Shown here: positions 40,033-49,049 of the stretch, in pieces
Layout of the letters: every line of letters starts with the position of its first letter
Position numbering within the stretch: position 1 is the stretch's first letter
Assembly (NCBI GenBank): GCA_016928995.1
Contig: JAFGJS010000030.1
Span: 37,776-101,775, forward strand
Direction of reading: 5' to 3'
From: Candidatus Sumerlaeota bacterium
GTDB taxonomy: Bacteria; Sumerlaeota; Sumerlaeia; JAFGJS01
Length of the DNA stretch: 64,000 nt
Made by a program: the position numbers and the translations under genes
Notes under the pieces: model-generated
Told to the model about the DNA's origin: nothing
The model's database searches: none
What the model saw: the letters and a program-made list of their open reading frames with translations, nothing else

Positions 40033-41067
40033 TTAAACCGTCGCCGCCGGGGTGGCTTTGACCCAGTTTTTCGCTATCAGCAGTTCCGCGATTTGAACCG
40101 CATTAAGCGCCGCGCCTTTACGGAGGTTGTCGCTCACGATCCACATGTCGATGGCGTTGGGATTGGAGATGTCCTGACGGATGCGTCCGACGAACGTCTC
40201 GTCGCGGCCTTCGCAGTCGCGTTGCAGCGGATAGACGCAGTTGGCCGGATCGTCCTGCACCTCCACGCCGGGCGCATGGCGGAGCATTTCGCGGACTTCA
40301 TCCGCGGAGATGGGATTGATCATTTCGACGTTCACGCACTCGGCATGGCCGCGATACACCGGCACGCGCACGGTCGTCGCGGTGGCCATGATCGATTGGT
40401 CGCCAAGGATCTTGCGGGTTTCGTTGACCATCTTCATTTCTTCCTTGGTGTATCCGTTCTCAAGGAAGCTATCGATGTGCGGCAGGCAGTTGAACGCGAT
40501 CGGATGCGGGAACTGTTCGCATTTCAGCTCGCCGCCGGTGGTCAGTTGCTGCCGGGATTGGATTGTCAATTCCTCCATCGCCTTCATGCCTTTGCCGGAG
40601 GTCGATTGATAGGTGGAGATCACCAGCCGTTTGATGCCGGCCTTGCGGTGGATCGGCGCCAGCGCGACGACCATCTGGATCGTCGAGCAGTTGGGATTGG
40701 CGATGATGCCGGGATGCCCCTGGCAGGCGTCGGGATTGACTTCGGGCACGACCAGCGGGATGTGCGGCTCCATACGGAAGGCGCTGGTGTTGTCGACGAT
40801 CGTGGCGCCGGCCTTGAGGATGGCAGGAACGAAGCGCTTCGAGACGCTGGCGCCGGCCGAGGCCAGCACAATGTCCACGTCATCGAAGGATGCGTCGGTC
40901 AGTTCTTCCACGGCGTATTCCCGTCCGCTGACGGTGATTTTTTTACCCGCGCTGCGCGCTGAAGCGAGCAGTTTCAACGAGTCGTACTGGAACTTACGCT
41001 GTTCCAGAATATTCAGCATTTCCTGTCCCACGGCGCCCGTGGCGCCCATCACGGCGAGTCGTAGCAT
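40033..41067 (-). CDS. asd: Aspartate-semialdehyde dehydrogenase
   Basis: GATGAVG, VPEVN, IANPNCSTIQ and DNLRKGAALNAVQIAE motifs. Confidence 0.97.
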   Translation of the reverse strand: MLRLAVMGATGAVGQEMLNILEQRKFQYDSLKLLASARSAGKKITVSGREYAVEELTDASFDDVDIVLASAGASVSKRFVPAILKAGATIVDNTSAFRMEPHIPLVVPEVNPDACQGHPGIIANPNCSTIQMVVALAPIHRKAGIKRLVISTYQSTSGKGMKAMEELTIQSRQQLTTGGELKCEQFPHPIAFNCLPHIDSFLENGYTKEEMKMVNETRKILGDQSIMATATTVRVPVYRGHAECVNVEMINPISADEVREMLRHAPGVEVQDDPANCVYPLQRDCEGRDETFVGRIRQDISNPNAIDMWIVSDNLRKGAALNAVQIAELLIAKNWVKATPAATV

Positions 41068-41309
41068 TTTGATTCCTTGCACACCTCTCGGTTTGTGGTC
41101 TTTTTTCCCGGCTGCCTGTGGCAATCCAAGGCGATTGTTCTTTTCGTTGAACAAACTGGGACTTGCAAGCGCTTTTTGCAGAACGAAGCTTCAATTCAGA
41201 AATTAGGCGCTGTAGCCGCCGCATGCGGAAAATTTCTCTTGCTCTTGCGTTCCATCCTGCTCTTGGTATTCTTGTGTCGCGAGATGAGGATTCAGGCGCG
41301 AAGAATTTT

Positions 41310-43376
41310 ATGATGCTTTCACCATCGGGCAATGCTTTTCAACGCTGGGAACGGGAACGCTGGCTGGGCGCGCTGCTGGCCGGACTGGTGTTTTTATTGT
41401 ATTGGCTGACGATGGCGCCGGGCGTGATGACGGACGATTCGGCGGAGTTTCAGCATCTGTGCCGCACGCTGGGCAAGACGCATCCGCCGGGCTATGCCTT
41501 GCTCTTGCTGGCGGGACGCGCCTTCGCCGCGCTGCCGCTGGGCGCGCAGGCCTGGCGCATGACGCTGCTTTCCGTGGCGTCCGGCGCGGCGGGCGTATGG
41601 CTGCTGTATCGTTTGCTGATCCGCCTGGGTCTGCGCGGCTGGATCGCCTTTTTCAGCGCGGCGGCGTTCGCCGTGTCGCACACCTTTTGGATGCAGTGCG
41701 TCATGCCGGAGGCCTATGCGCTGAATGTGGTTTTCCTCGGCGCGCTGGCGCACATGGCGCTTGGCGTGCGCGAGGGCGGACCGATGGCGCGGCGCTGGCT
41801 ATGGGCCGGAGCGCTGACCTCTGCGCTGGCCGCCGGCAATCATCAGACGCAGGTTTTCCTGACGCCTGCCTTGTTGTTGTGGGGCGTCTGTTACGCCCGT
41901 GCGGGCGGTTTGAACGGGAAGGACTTCGCCGCCGCCGCCGCGTTTTATCTGCTGGGATTGACGGTGTTCCTCGTATTGCCATTACGTTTTGCCGCGATTC
42001 CCGGAGCGATCGCGGAGGGGCGCACGCCTTGGACCGAGGCGCTGAATTTAATTAGCGGCGGTCCCAGCCGGGGGCTGTTTATCGGCTTCGACTGGCCCCG
42101 TCTGGTCAAGCGTGTGGCAACGTATATCGGATACCACGGTCTGCAGGTTCCGGGATTAGCGGGATTGGTCATCCTGATCGGGTTCGCGGTTGCCCTGAAG
42201 CGCGACCGGGCGCTGCTGGCGCTGCTGATTTATATCTGGGGCGTCACGGTGGGGTATGCCACGTTCTTCGACAGCAGCGACGTGTATGTCTTCTACATCC
42301 CGGCCTATTGGGTCGGCGCCGTGTTGCTGGCGTATGGGTTGAGCGGAGCTGACGGATGGCAGACGCAGCGCCGCTGGAGCCCGATGTGCAAATCAGCCTT
42401 ATCTATCACGACGCTGCTAAGCCTGATCATCATTCCTCCGGCCACGTATTTCTATCTGCCCGGCTGGATCGAACGGCACGGCTCGGAGCGTCTGCGCAAT
42501 CTCAGTCAGGACAAAGGCAATGTCTATTACTTGCAGCCGTGGAAGCTGCGTTACACCTTCGCGGAGGATGCGATGCGGCACTGGCTGCGTGCCGCCCGTC
42601 CGGGCGAGGCGATCATCACGGACTGGAATTTTTATCACACCGCGCTGTACTTGCAGCGCATCGAGCGGTTTTGTACGGACGCGCGGACGGTGAACGTGGA
42701 GTATCCCTCGATGGGCGGGATTGAGGATTGGCGGCGATACCTCAGCCTGCGGCTGGATGGATATTGGCCGGAGGAATTTCTCATCACCAGCATCGAACCG
42801 CCGTTGGCGCAGCATTGCTTCGTGGAGTGCTTTGGCGCCGGATATCGCGTGAACACGACCCAACATCCTTTGCGTCGGGCATTGCGTCATCCCATCGAGT
42901 TGGATTTGGCGCGATTGCCCCAGCATCGTGATTTTTCCGGCGGCGCGCTGCCATACTGGACGCAATATGAGAAGTATCTGTTCTGGGACCGGTTTGATTT
43001 TCGCAACGGCGTGATGCCGGACGCGCCGGATGAGCCGGCATGGGAATGGATGCGCGGCAGCCGCCTGTGTTTCCGTTTTCGCAACATCGCAACGGATGAT
43101 TTCCATCCGCGGGCGTATTGCCTGGAGTTGAACCGGATCGGCGCGGCGAAGCGGTTGAGCTTCAATCGCGCTTTTCATCGCGAGCGCGGCATGGAGCCGT
43201 ATTTCATCACATTTGCGCCGGAGCATCACGGCGGCGAGCTGGATGCGGACACTTGGATCGGCGGTTATTGGCCGCCGGGGCGCTATGCGCTTTATCTGCG
43301 TTTGAGCGAGAGCGACGGCTTTTCTCCGGACAATACGAACCGGGTCTGGCGTTTGGGGCAAGTCGTCTTGCACTGA
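41310..43376 (+). CDS. DUF2723 / TMEM260-like GT-C membrane protein
   Basis: TMAPGVMTDDSAEF, HPPGY, TFWMQ..PEAYALN and NHQT motifs; multiple TM segments plus a soluble C-domain. Confidence 0.8.
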   Translation: MMLSPSGNAFQRWERERWLGALLAGLVFLLYWLTMAPGVMTDDSAEFQHLCRTLGKTHPPGYALLLLAGRAFAALPLGAQAWRMTLLSVASGAAGVWLLYRLLIRLGLRGWIAFFSAAAFAVSHTFWMQCVMPEAYALNVVFLGALAHMALGVREGGPMARRWLWAGALTSALAAGNHQTQVFLTPALLLWGVCYARAGGLNGKDFAAAAAFYLLGLTVFLVLPLRFAAIPGAIAEGRTPWTEALNLISGGPSRGLFIGFDWPRLVKRVATYIGYHGLQVPGLAGLVILIGFAVALKRDRALLALLIYIWGVTVGYATFFDSSDVYVFYIPAYWVGAVLLAYGLSGADGWQTQRRWSPMCKSALSITTLLSLIIIPPATYFYLPGWIERHGSERLRNLSQDKGNVYYLQPWKLRYTFAEDAMRHWLRAARPGEAIITDWNFYHTALYLQRIERFCTDARTVNVEYPSMGGIEDWRRYLSLRLDGYWPEEFLITSIEPPLAQHCFVECFGAGYRVNTTQHPLRRALRHPIELDLARLPQHRDFSGGALPYWTQYEKYLFWDRFDFRNGVMPDAPDEPAWEWMRGSRLCFRFRNIATDDFHPRAYCLELNRIGAAKRLSFNRAFHRERGMEPYFITFAPEHHGGELDADTWIGGYWPPGRYALYLRLSESDGFSPDNTNRVWRLGQVVLH

Positions 43377-43385
43377 GCTTTGCGG

Positions 43386-44888
43386 TTAAAGCGGAAAGCT
43401 TAGGCGGAAAGTGGTGCGTTCCTCATCGCTGAGGACGTCGATGGAGCCGCCGTTGAAATTGACGATTTGATAGGTGATGGAGAGGCCGAGTCCGCTGCCT
43501 CCCTCGCGATGCGAATAGAACGGCTCGAAGATGTGGTCGCGATCTTCATGCGGAATCGGCGGACCGTTGTTGCTGATCGCCACGCATTGCACTTCGCGTT
43601 TCGCTCCGCGTTCATCTTCCTCCTCGGCAAGCTGCGTTTTCACTTCAATGAAGCCGTTTTCCTCGGGGGCGAATTCATACGCGTTTTCCAGGATGTTGTT
43701 GAAGGCCTGAAGCAATTTTTCCGCGAAGTAATTTTTTTGCGGCAAGCCGCCATAGGTCTCGCGGAGCTGGATGTTTTTCTTTCCGCCGGAGTCGCGCATT
43801 TTGAGATTGTGCAACGCTCGCGCGGCTAATTCGTCCAGCGAGACGATCTCCAGGTTGCTTTCATCGGGTTGGGAAAAATCGAGCAGTTCGCGGACCACGT
43901 GATCCAGCCGCAGGGATTCCTTGGCGATGATGTCGGCGAACTTGCGGCTCTCGCTGCCTTCCGGGATGTCCTGCTGCAGGAGCTGCGCCATGCCGCGGAT
44001 GGAAGCGAGCGGATTGCGGATCTCATGCGCCACGCCCATCGCCAGAGTGCCGGCCGTGGCCAGGCGGTCCGTGCGATTCAGGCGATGATGGAAGGATTTA
44101 TACTTGGTTAGATCGCGGATGTTGAGGCTCAGGCCGCGAATCTCATCGTTTTGCCCGCGCAGGATCGAGGTCGTGGCCACCAGCGGGAACGGCGATCCAT
44201 CAGCGCGCAGGATCGAAGTTTCCACGGAATGGACCATCTGCCCGTCGTCCAGCCCCATGCGCGAGAATTCGATCAAGGGCTCGATGCCCCTGCGCATTTT
44301 TTCCAGTTCCTTGATTTTTTTGCCCATTACGTCTGCGGCGGAAAGTTCGAGGATTTGTTCGGCGGCTTTATTCATCGCAGATATCCGGCTATCCGCGCCC
44401 ATGGTGATCAGACCGCCGGTGTAGCATTCCAGAATCAGCTGGTTGCGCTCTGCGATGGTGTGGTTCAAGGCTTGGATCATATGGTTGAACGAGCGTCCCA
44501 GATTGGAAAATTCATCCTGAGTGCGGATATCGATTGATGTGTCCAAATTACCTTGCGCGATCATGTCGATTAGATTGATCATACGGTTGATTTGTTTTGT
44601 GATGTAATAAGCCAGCAGGGCGCCGAACACCGCCGCGACAAGCACCAGCAGTCCGGAGGTCAACATCAGGACGATGAAGGAATCATCCAGCGCCTGTTGC
44701 AAGCTTTCGGTTTTTCTGGTGTAATAATCGAATACGTTGAATTGGATCACGCCGGAAAAGATCGGCAGGCAGACCATCAGCACCGGAATGATAATGATCA
44801 GCCGCAGCCGGGTGCGCTCTTTGCGCAGGTCCGATTTGCCCGGCCATGACCGCGGCGCTGGATGTTGGGAGTCCGCCGATTTCATCAT
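43386..44888 (-). CDS. Membrane HAMP-PAS histidine kinase (NtrB/PilS-like)
   Basis: DEFSNLGRSFNHM, AHEIRNPL, NILENA and GSGLGL motifs; start uncertain. Confidence 0.9.
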   Translation of the reverse strand: MMKSADSQHPAPRSWPGKSDLRKERTRLRLIIIIPVLMVCLPIFSGVIQFNVFDYYTRKTESLQQALDDSFIVLMLTSGLLVLVAAVFGALLAYYITKQINRMINLIDMIAQGNLDTSIDIRTQDEFSNLGRSFNHMIQALNHTIAERNQLILECYTGGLITMGADSRISAMNKAAEQILELSAADVMGKKIKELEKMRRGIEPLIEFSRMGLDDGQMVHSVETSILRADGSPFPLVATTSILRGQNDEIRGLSLNIRDLTKYKSFHHRLNRTDRLATAGTLAMGVAHEIRNPLASIRGMAQLLQQDIPEGSESRKFADIIAKESLRLDHVVRELLDFSQPDESNLEIVSLDELAARALHNLKMRDSGGKKNIQLRETYGGLPQKNYFAEKLLQAFNNILENAYEFAPEENGFIEVKTQLAEEEDERGAKREVQCVAISNNGPPIPHEDRDHIFEPFYSHREGGSGLGLSITYQIVNFNGGSIDVLSDEERTTFRLSFPL

Positions 44889-44998
44889 TCGCTTCTTTTG
44901 CGCGGACGCGTCTTTGGCTCCGCCGCGGAAAAATAATGGCGCTGAATTCATCGCGGAGCGAGGACGCGTCTCTTTCGCCAGTTGAACTGCAAGAGTGA

Positions 44999-45028
44999 TT
45001 GACGCCCAGCGATATTTAATAATAGAAT
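44999..45028 (+). promoter_or_regulatory. Putative promoter TTGACG-N18-TAGAAT
   Basis: Located in the AT-rich region between the divergent kinases. Confidence 0.4.
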
Positions 45029-45097
45029 GTTGATGACACGTGCAACAGGAAAGATCAAATCCGGCGGAATGAATATGAAAGGCGCGGCCGAGGATCA

Positions 45098-47599
45098 ATG
45101 AATATCTGGCGCAACTTTTTTTACAGCTTCATCATCTTCTCCGGCATCCTGACGTTGTCGCTGTTGATTGGACAAAGTCAGCAGCTCGACTTCAGCGATT
45201 CGCAATCGGCGCTGAACAACAAGGACGTGGCGCGATTGACGTTCGCCGCGCAGAACATGATCGACAAACTGCGTCTGGAGATCACCAGCCGCGGCGACCA
45301 GCTGCGCTTTTGGGGCTTGCTCGTTCAACGTCAGCCTTCGGACGCCGATCCTGGCGCTTTGCGTCCGGAGGACGCGGAGTTGAAAAAATTTAACGGCGCA
45401 GCGCTCCTGAAGCCGGACGGCTCAACCGTCTGGAGCGTGGGCGACGTGCCTGATGCGTTGCTGCACGCCAGCCAGGATGAGGAAATGTCGAGAGCCCTGA
45501 AGCACTCTCGCGGGCTTCAGGAACTGTTTTATTATGATAATTGTTCCGGCGCGGACGGCGCCCGCAAGCTGGTGATGATTCAGCCGTTGACGCGCGACGG
45601 CGTGTTCCTGGGTTGGCTGACGGGAGTGTGCGACATTGCGAACCTGATTCGTTCCGTGCATAATATCGAACCGGCGCCCTTTATCCTCGTAATCCGCAAA
45701 TACCGGGATTACAACTTCGAGTCCGGACGCGGCGCCGATCCATCCGGTTTGACATTGTTCGGCAATGAGCAGCAGTTGAAATTCAGCGACGACCGGCGCC
45801 GCACGTTATATCTGCAGATCGGACATCTGCCGCCTTCGCCGGAAGGGCCGTTCGGCGGCGATTGGATGATCAACTGGGCGGCGACGTTCGCCGTCAACCT
45901 GGAGGCTTCGCCTCCGCTCACGCCGCATCCAGCCAAAGCCTCGCCGATTTTTCTTCTGGGCTTGCTGGTGTCGCTGATCTCGGGGACATTCACGTTCCTG
46001 ATTCTCTCGCGCAACGACAAACTCGAGCAGGAGGTGGCTGAGCGCGTGCGCGACGTGCAGACTTCCCAGGAGGAGCTGCGCGCCATCATCGAAGGCGCGC
46101 CCGTAGCGATCCTTGGCTATGACGAGTCGCTCAGCGTGATTCTCTGGAATCCGAAATGCGAGGCGATTTTCGGCTATGGCGCGGCGGAGGCCGAGGGGCG
46201 TCAGGTGCTGAGCCTGGTGGCTACGGAGAATGAAGATCCGATTCGCGAGATTCTGCGCGAGGGAATTTTCGACGACCTGACCAGTCAAAATCTGACGTGG
46301 GAGACGCGCCGCAAGAACGGCAAGATGATCGTTTGCGGCGGCTCGTTCACCACCGTCTCGCATGAGACGGACAGCGAGCGTTTCGCCCTGTTGATCTGCG
46401 ACGACATCACGGAGCGCCGCCAGCTCGAGGCGGAGCTGGAAAAACACGCCCAGCATCTGGAGCAAATGGTGCATGAGCGATCGGGCGAGTTGGCCGAGTC
46501 CGAGGCGCGCTATCGCGAGCTGTTGAGCAATGCGCGCGATTCCATCGTGAGCATCGACGAGCAGCAGAATATCACGCTGTTTAATTTCGCCGCCGAGCGC
46601 GCTTTCGGCTATGCGGCGGCGGAGATCATTGGCCAGCCGATTTGGACGATTCTGGAGAAAGGCGAGGGCGCCGGATCGGGCATCACGCCGTTCCTGCAAT
46701 CGGGTCAGACCTCGCGCGTGGGGATCACCCGCGAAATCCAGGGGCGGCGCAAAAACGGCGACCTGTTTCCGCTGGAGATTTCGCTGTCCGTTTATTCACG
46801 CGGCGGGCATACCTACTTCACGGCGATCATGCGCGACATCGCGGAGCGCAAACGGATGGAACTGCGTATGGATCGCATGATCCACGATTTGCAGCACGCC
46901 AACCGGGAAATGGAGCAGTTCTCCTATGTCGTTTCGCACGACCTGAAGGCGCCGTTGCGAGCGGTGAAGAACATGAGCCAGTTTCTGGCCGAGGATTGCG
47001 GGGAGAGTCTGGATGACACCGGCAAGGATTACCTGCGCCGCATCCAGGATTCCACGCAGCGGATGAGCGAATTGATCGACAACCTGCTTGATCTATCGCA
47101 AATCAGCCGCGTCAACAAGCGCCGCTCGCTGGTCAAACTGGATACGCTGATCGACAAGGTGATCGACGTGCTCAAACCCGGCGTCAACGTATCAATCGAG
47201 GTGCAACGCGATCTGCCTTTGGTGATGTGCGCCGAGACGAAGATGGAACAAGTGTTCATGAACTTAATTGGGAATGGCATTAAATATAACCAAAATGAAA
47301 AAATCGTGATTGAAATCGGATACGAAGAAAAAGATAATGAATACCGCTTTTATGTGCGCGACAATGGAATCGGCATTGATAAAAAATATCAGCAGCGCAT
47401 CTTTGAGCCATTCCAGCGACTGCATAAAGCTCATGAATATGAAGGCACGGGGATTGGGCTGTCCATCGTGAAGAAGGTTGTGCAGGAGCATGGCGGACGC
47501 ATATGGGTGGATTCCGAGCCGGAGAAGGGAACGACGTTTTATTTTTCCATGAGCAAGCCCAGGGCTGAAGAACTTCTGGGAACAACGCCGTTGAGATGA
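45098..47599 (+). CDS. Membrane sensor histidine kinase with two PAS domains
   Basis: Two TM segments, two PAS domains, FSYVVSHDLKAPLR, NLIGNGIKY and GTGIGL motifs. Confidence 0.93.
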   Translation: MNIWRNFFYSFIIFSGILTLSLLIGQSQQLDFSDSQSALNNKDVARLTFAAQNMIDKLRLEITSRGDQLRFWGLLVQRQPSDADPGALRPEDAELKKFNGAALLKPDGSTVWSVGDVPDALLHASQDEEMSRALKHSRGLQELFYYDNCSGADGARKLVMIQPLTRDGVFLGWLTGVCDIANLIRSVHNIEPAPFILVIRKYRDYNFESGRGADPSGLTLFGNEQQLKFSDDRRRTLYLQIGHLPPSPEGPFGGDWMINWAATFAVNLEASPPLTPHPAKASPIFLLGLLVSLISGTFTFLILSRNDKLEQEVAERVRDVQTSQEELRAIIEGAPVAILGYDESLSVILWNPKCEAIFGYGAAEAEGRQVLSLVATENEDPIREILREGIFDDLTSQNLTWETRRKNGKMIVCGGSFTTVSHETDSERFALLICDDITERRQLEAELEKHAQHLEQMVHERSGELAESEARYRELLSNARDSIVSIDEQQNITLFNFAAERAFGYAAAEIIGQPIWTILEKGEGAGSGITPFLQSGQTSRVGITREIQGRRKNGDLFPLEISLSVYSRGGHTYFTAIMRDIAERKRMELRMDRMIHDLQHANREMEQFSYVVSHDLKAPLRAVKNMSQFLAEDCGESLDDTGKDYLRRIQDSTQRMSELIDNLLDLSQISRVNKRRSLVKLDTLIDKVIDVLKPGVNVSIEVQRDLPLVMCAETKMEQVFMNLIGNGIKYNQNEKIVIEIGYEEKDNEYRFYVRDNGIGIDKKYQQRIFEPFQRLHKAHEYEGTGIGLSIVKKVVQEHGGRIWVDSEPEKGTTFYFSMSKPRAEELLGTTPLR

Positions 47600-47609
47600 G
47601 GTGATCTTT

Positions 47610-48041
47610 ATGATTCAGGAAGTGAACATCCTGCTGGTTGAAGATGACGAGAACGACATTCTGGCGATTCGGCGTGCGTTCAAAAAACACAGCATTTCCA
47701 ATCCGTTGTTTGTGGTTGAGAACGGCGAGGACGCCCTTGACTTCCTGCATAACCGGGGGGAGTACGAGGACGAGAAAGCGCATCCCAAACCGGATTTGAT
47801 CCTGCTGGACATCAACATGCCGCGCATGAACGGCATCGAATTTCTAAACATCATCAAACGCGACGATAAATTCAAATCGATTCCCGTGGTGATTTTAACC
47901 AGCTCGAAGCGGGAATGGGACAAGATCGAGAGCTACAAACTGGGCGTGAACAGCTATATCATCAAGCCGGTCGATTTCGATAAATTCGCTGATTCCATTC
48001 TGATGATCAATCAATACTGGTCGATGACGGAATTGCCCTGA
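47610..48041 (+). CDS. Single-domain response regulator (Rcp1-like)
   Basis: LLVEDD, LLDINMP and NSYIIKPVDF motifs. Confidence 0.93.
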   Translation: MIQEVNILLVEDDENDILAIRRAFKKHSISNPLFVVENGEDALDFLHNRGEYEDEKAHPKPDLILLDINMPRMNGIEFLNIIKRDDKFKSIPVVILTSSKREWDKIESYKLGVNSYIIKPVDFDKFADSILMINQYWSMTELP

Positions 48042-48068
48042 GGCATTCCGCGATTGTTTTGAGTTTCC

Positions 48069-49049
48069 ATGAAATTTTTCATACGACATCGAATATTATT
48101 GTTATGTTGCGTATCGGGCGCGTTGATTTCGCTTTATCTGCTGGCGGAGGACTATCTGCCCTATCGCGATCCAGTGTGCCACGGATCGCGCTGGTTTGCC
48201 TGCGGCGCCACGGAAGCGTTGCTCGGCGTCCCCTGGCTTCAGTCCTTCAACGCCGCTTTGGGGCTGCTCGTTTTCATCGCGCTGGGCCTCATTGCGTTGC
48301 GTTTGCCGAAGATGCCCCTGGACGCCGTCAAGCCTCGCCGCGGGCTGCTTTGGCTCTGCAACGCCGGATTGGGGTATGCGTTGCTGTTGCGCGCATTGGA
48401 ATTTTTTGTCAGCGGCGGAGTTTGTCCCTGGTGCCTGGGCATGTTTTTATGCTTTCTGGGCGCCACGATCTGCGTCTGGTTTGAATGCGGCGCCAGTTTG
48501 AAACGGCAAGACGTGACGTTTCTGCCAGGCGATTTTTACGGCGCCAACGTCAAACTGACGATCGTATTGCTGCTGGTTTGCACTATCGGAGTATGCAGCA
48601 CACGCAAGATGTTGCCGAACACGATGCTGCTTTCGAAGGAGAATTTTTACAAGGCCGGCTTCTTGCCGGACAAGGACGCGGTGTTCAGCCGGGCGGAGAG
48701 CGAGGGGACGCCGTGTCTGTTGCTGGTATACGACCAGCGCTGCGGTCATTGCTATCAGCTCTCCCTGGCCATTCAGGACGCCATGCTCAAGCCCTTGATC
48801 GCGGAGCTGCCCAAGGCGTCGATGGAGGCTACGGATCCGGGCGCGCTGCGGCTGATGTCTGAAATGGGACGGCTTGCTTATCCTGCGCTGATTGTTTTCG
48901 GTCCGGATCATCAACGCTGGGGCGTCATTGTTGGCGAACGGACGCCGGAAAAGCTCAAAGAGGAGTTGAATGAGATTTTACATGCGCGCCGGGAGCAAGA
49001 CCCTGGCGCGCAGCCGGAGAAAGATGGCGCTCTCATCCATGAATCCTGA
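48069..49049 (+). CDS. VKOR-like membrane domain fused to a thioredoxin-like domain
   Basis: Loop Cys pair (PVC..FAC), membrane CPWC and soluble CGHC followed by YP. Confidence 0.7.
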   Translation: MKFFIRHRILLLCCVSGALISLYLLAEDYLPYRDPVCHGSRWFACGATEALLGVPWLQSFNAALGLLVFIALGLIALRLPKMPLDAVKPRRGLLWLCNAGLGYALLLRALEFFVSGGVCPWCLGMFLCFLGATICVWFECGASLKRQDVTFLPGDFYGANVKLTIVLLLVCTIGVCSTRKMLPNTMLLSKENFYKAGFLPDKDAVFSRAESEGTPCLLLVYDQRCGHCYQLSLAIQDAMLKPLIAELPKASMEATDPGALRLMSEMGRLAYPALIVFGPDHQRWGVIVGERTPEKLKEELNEILHARREQDPGAQPEKDGALIHES

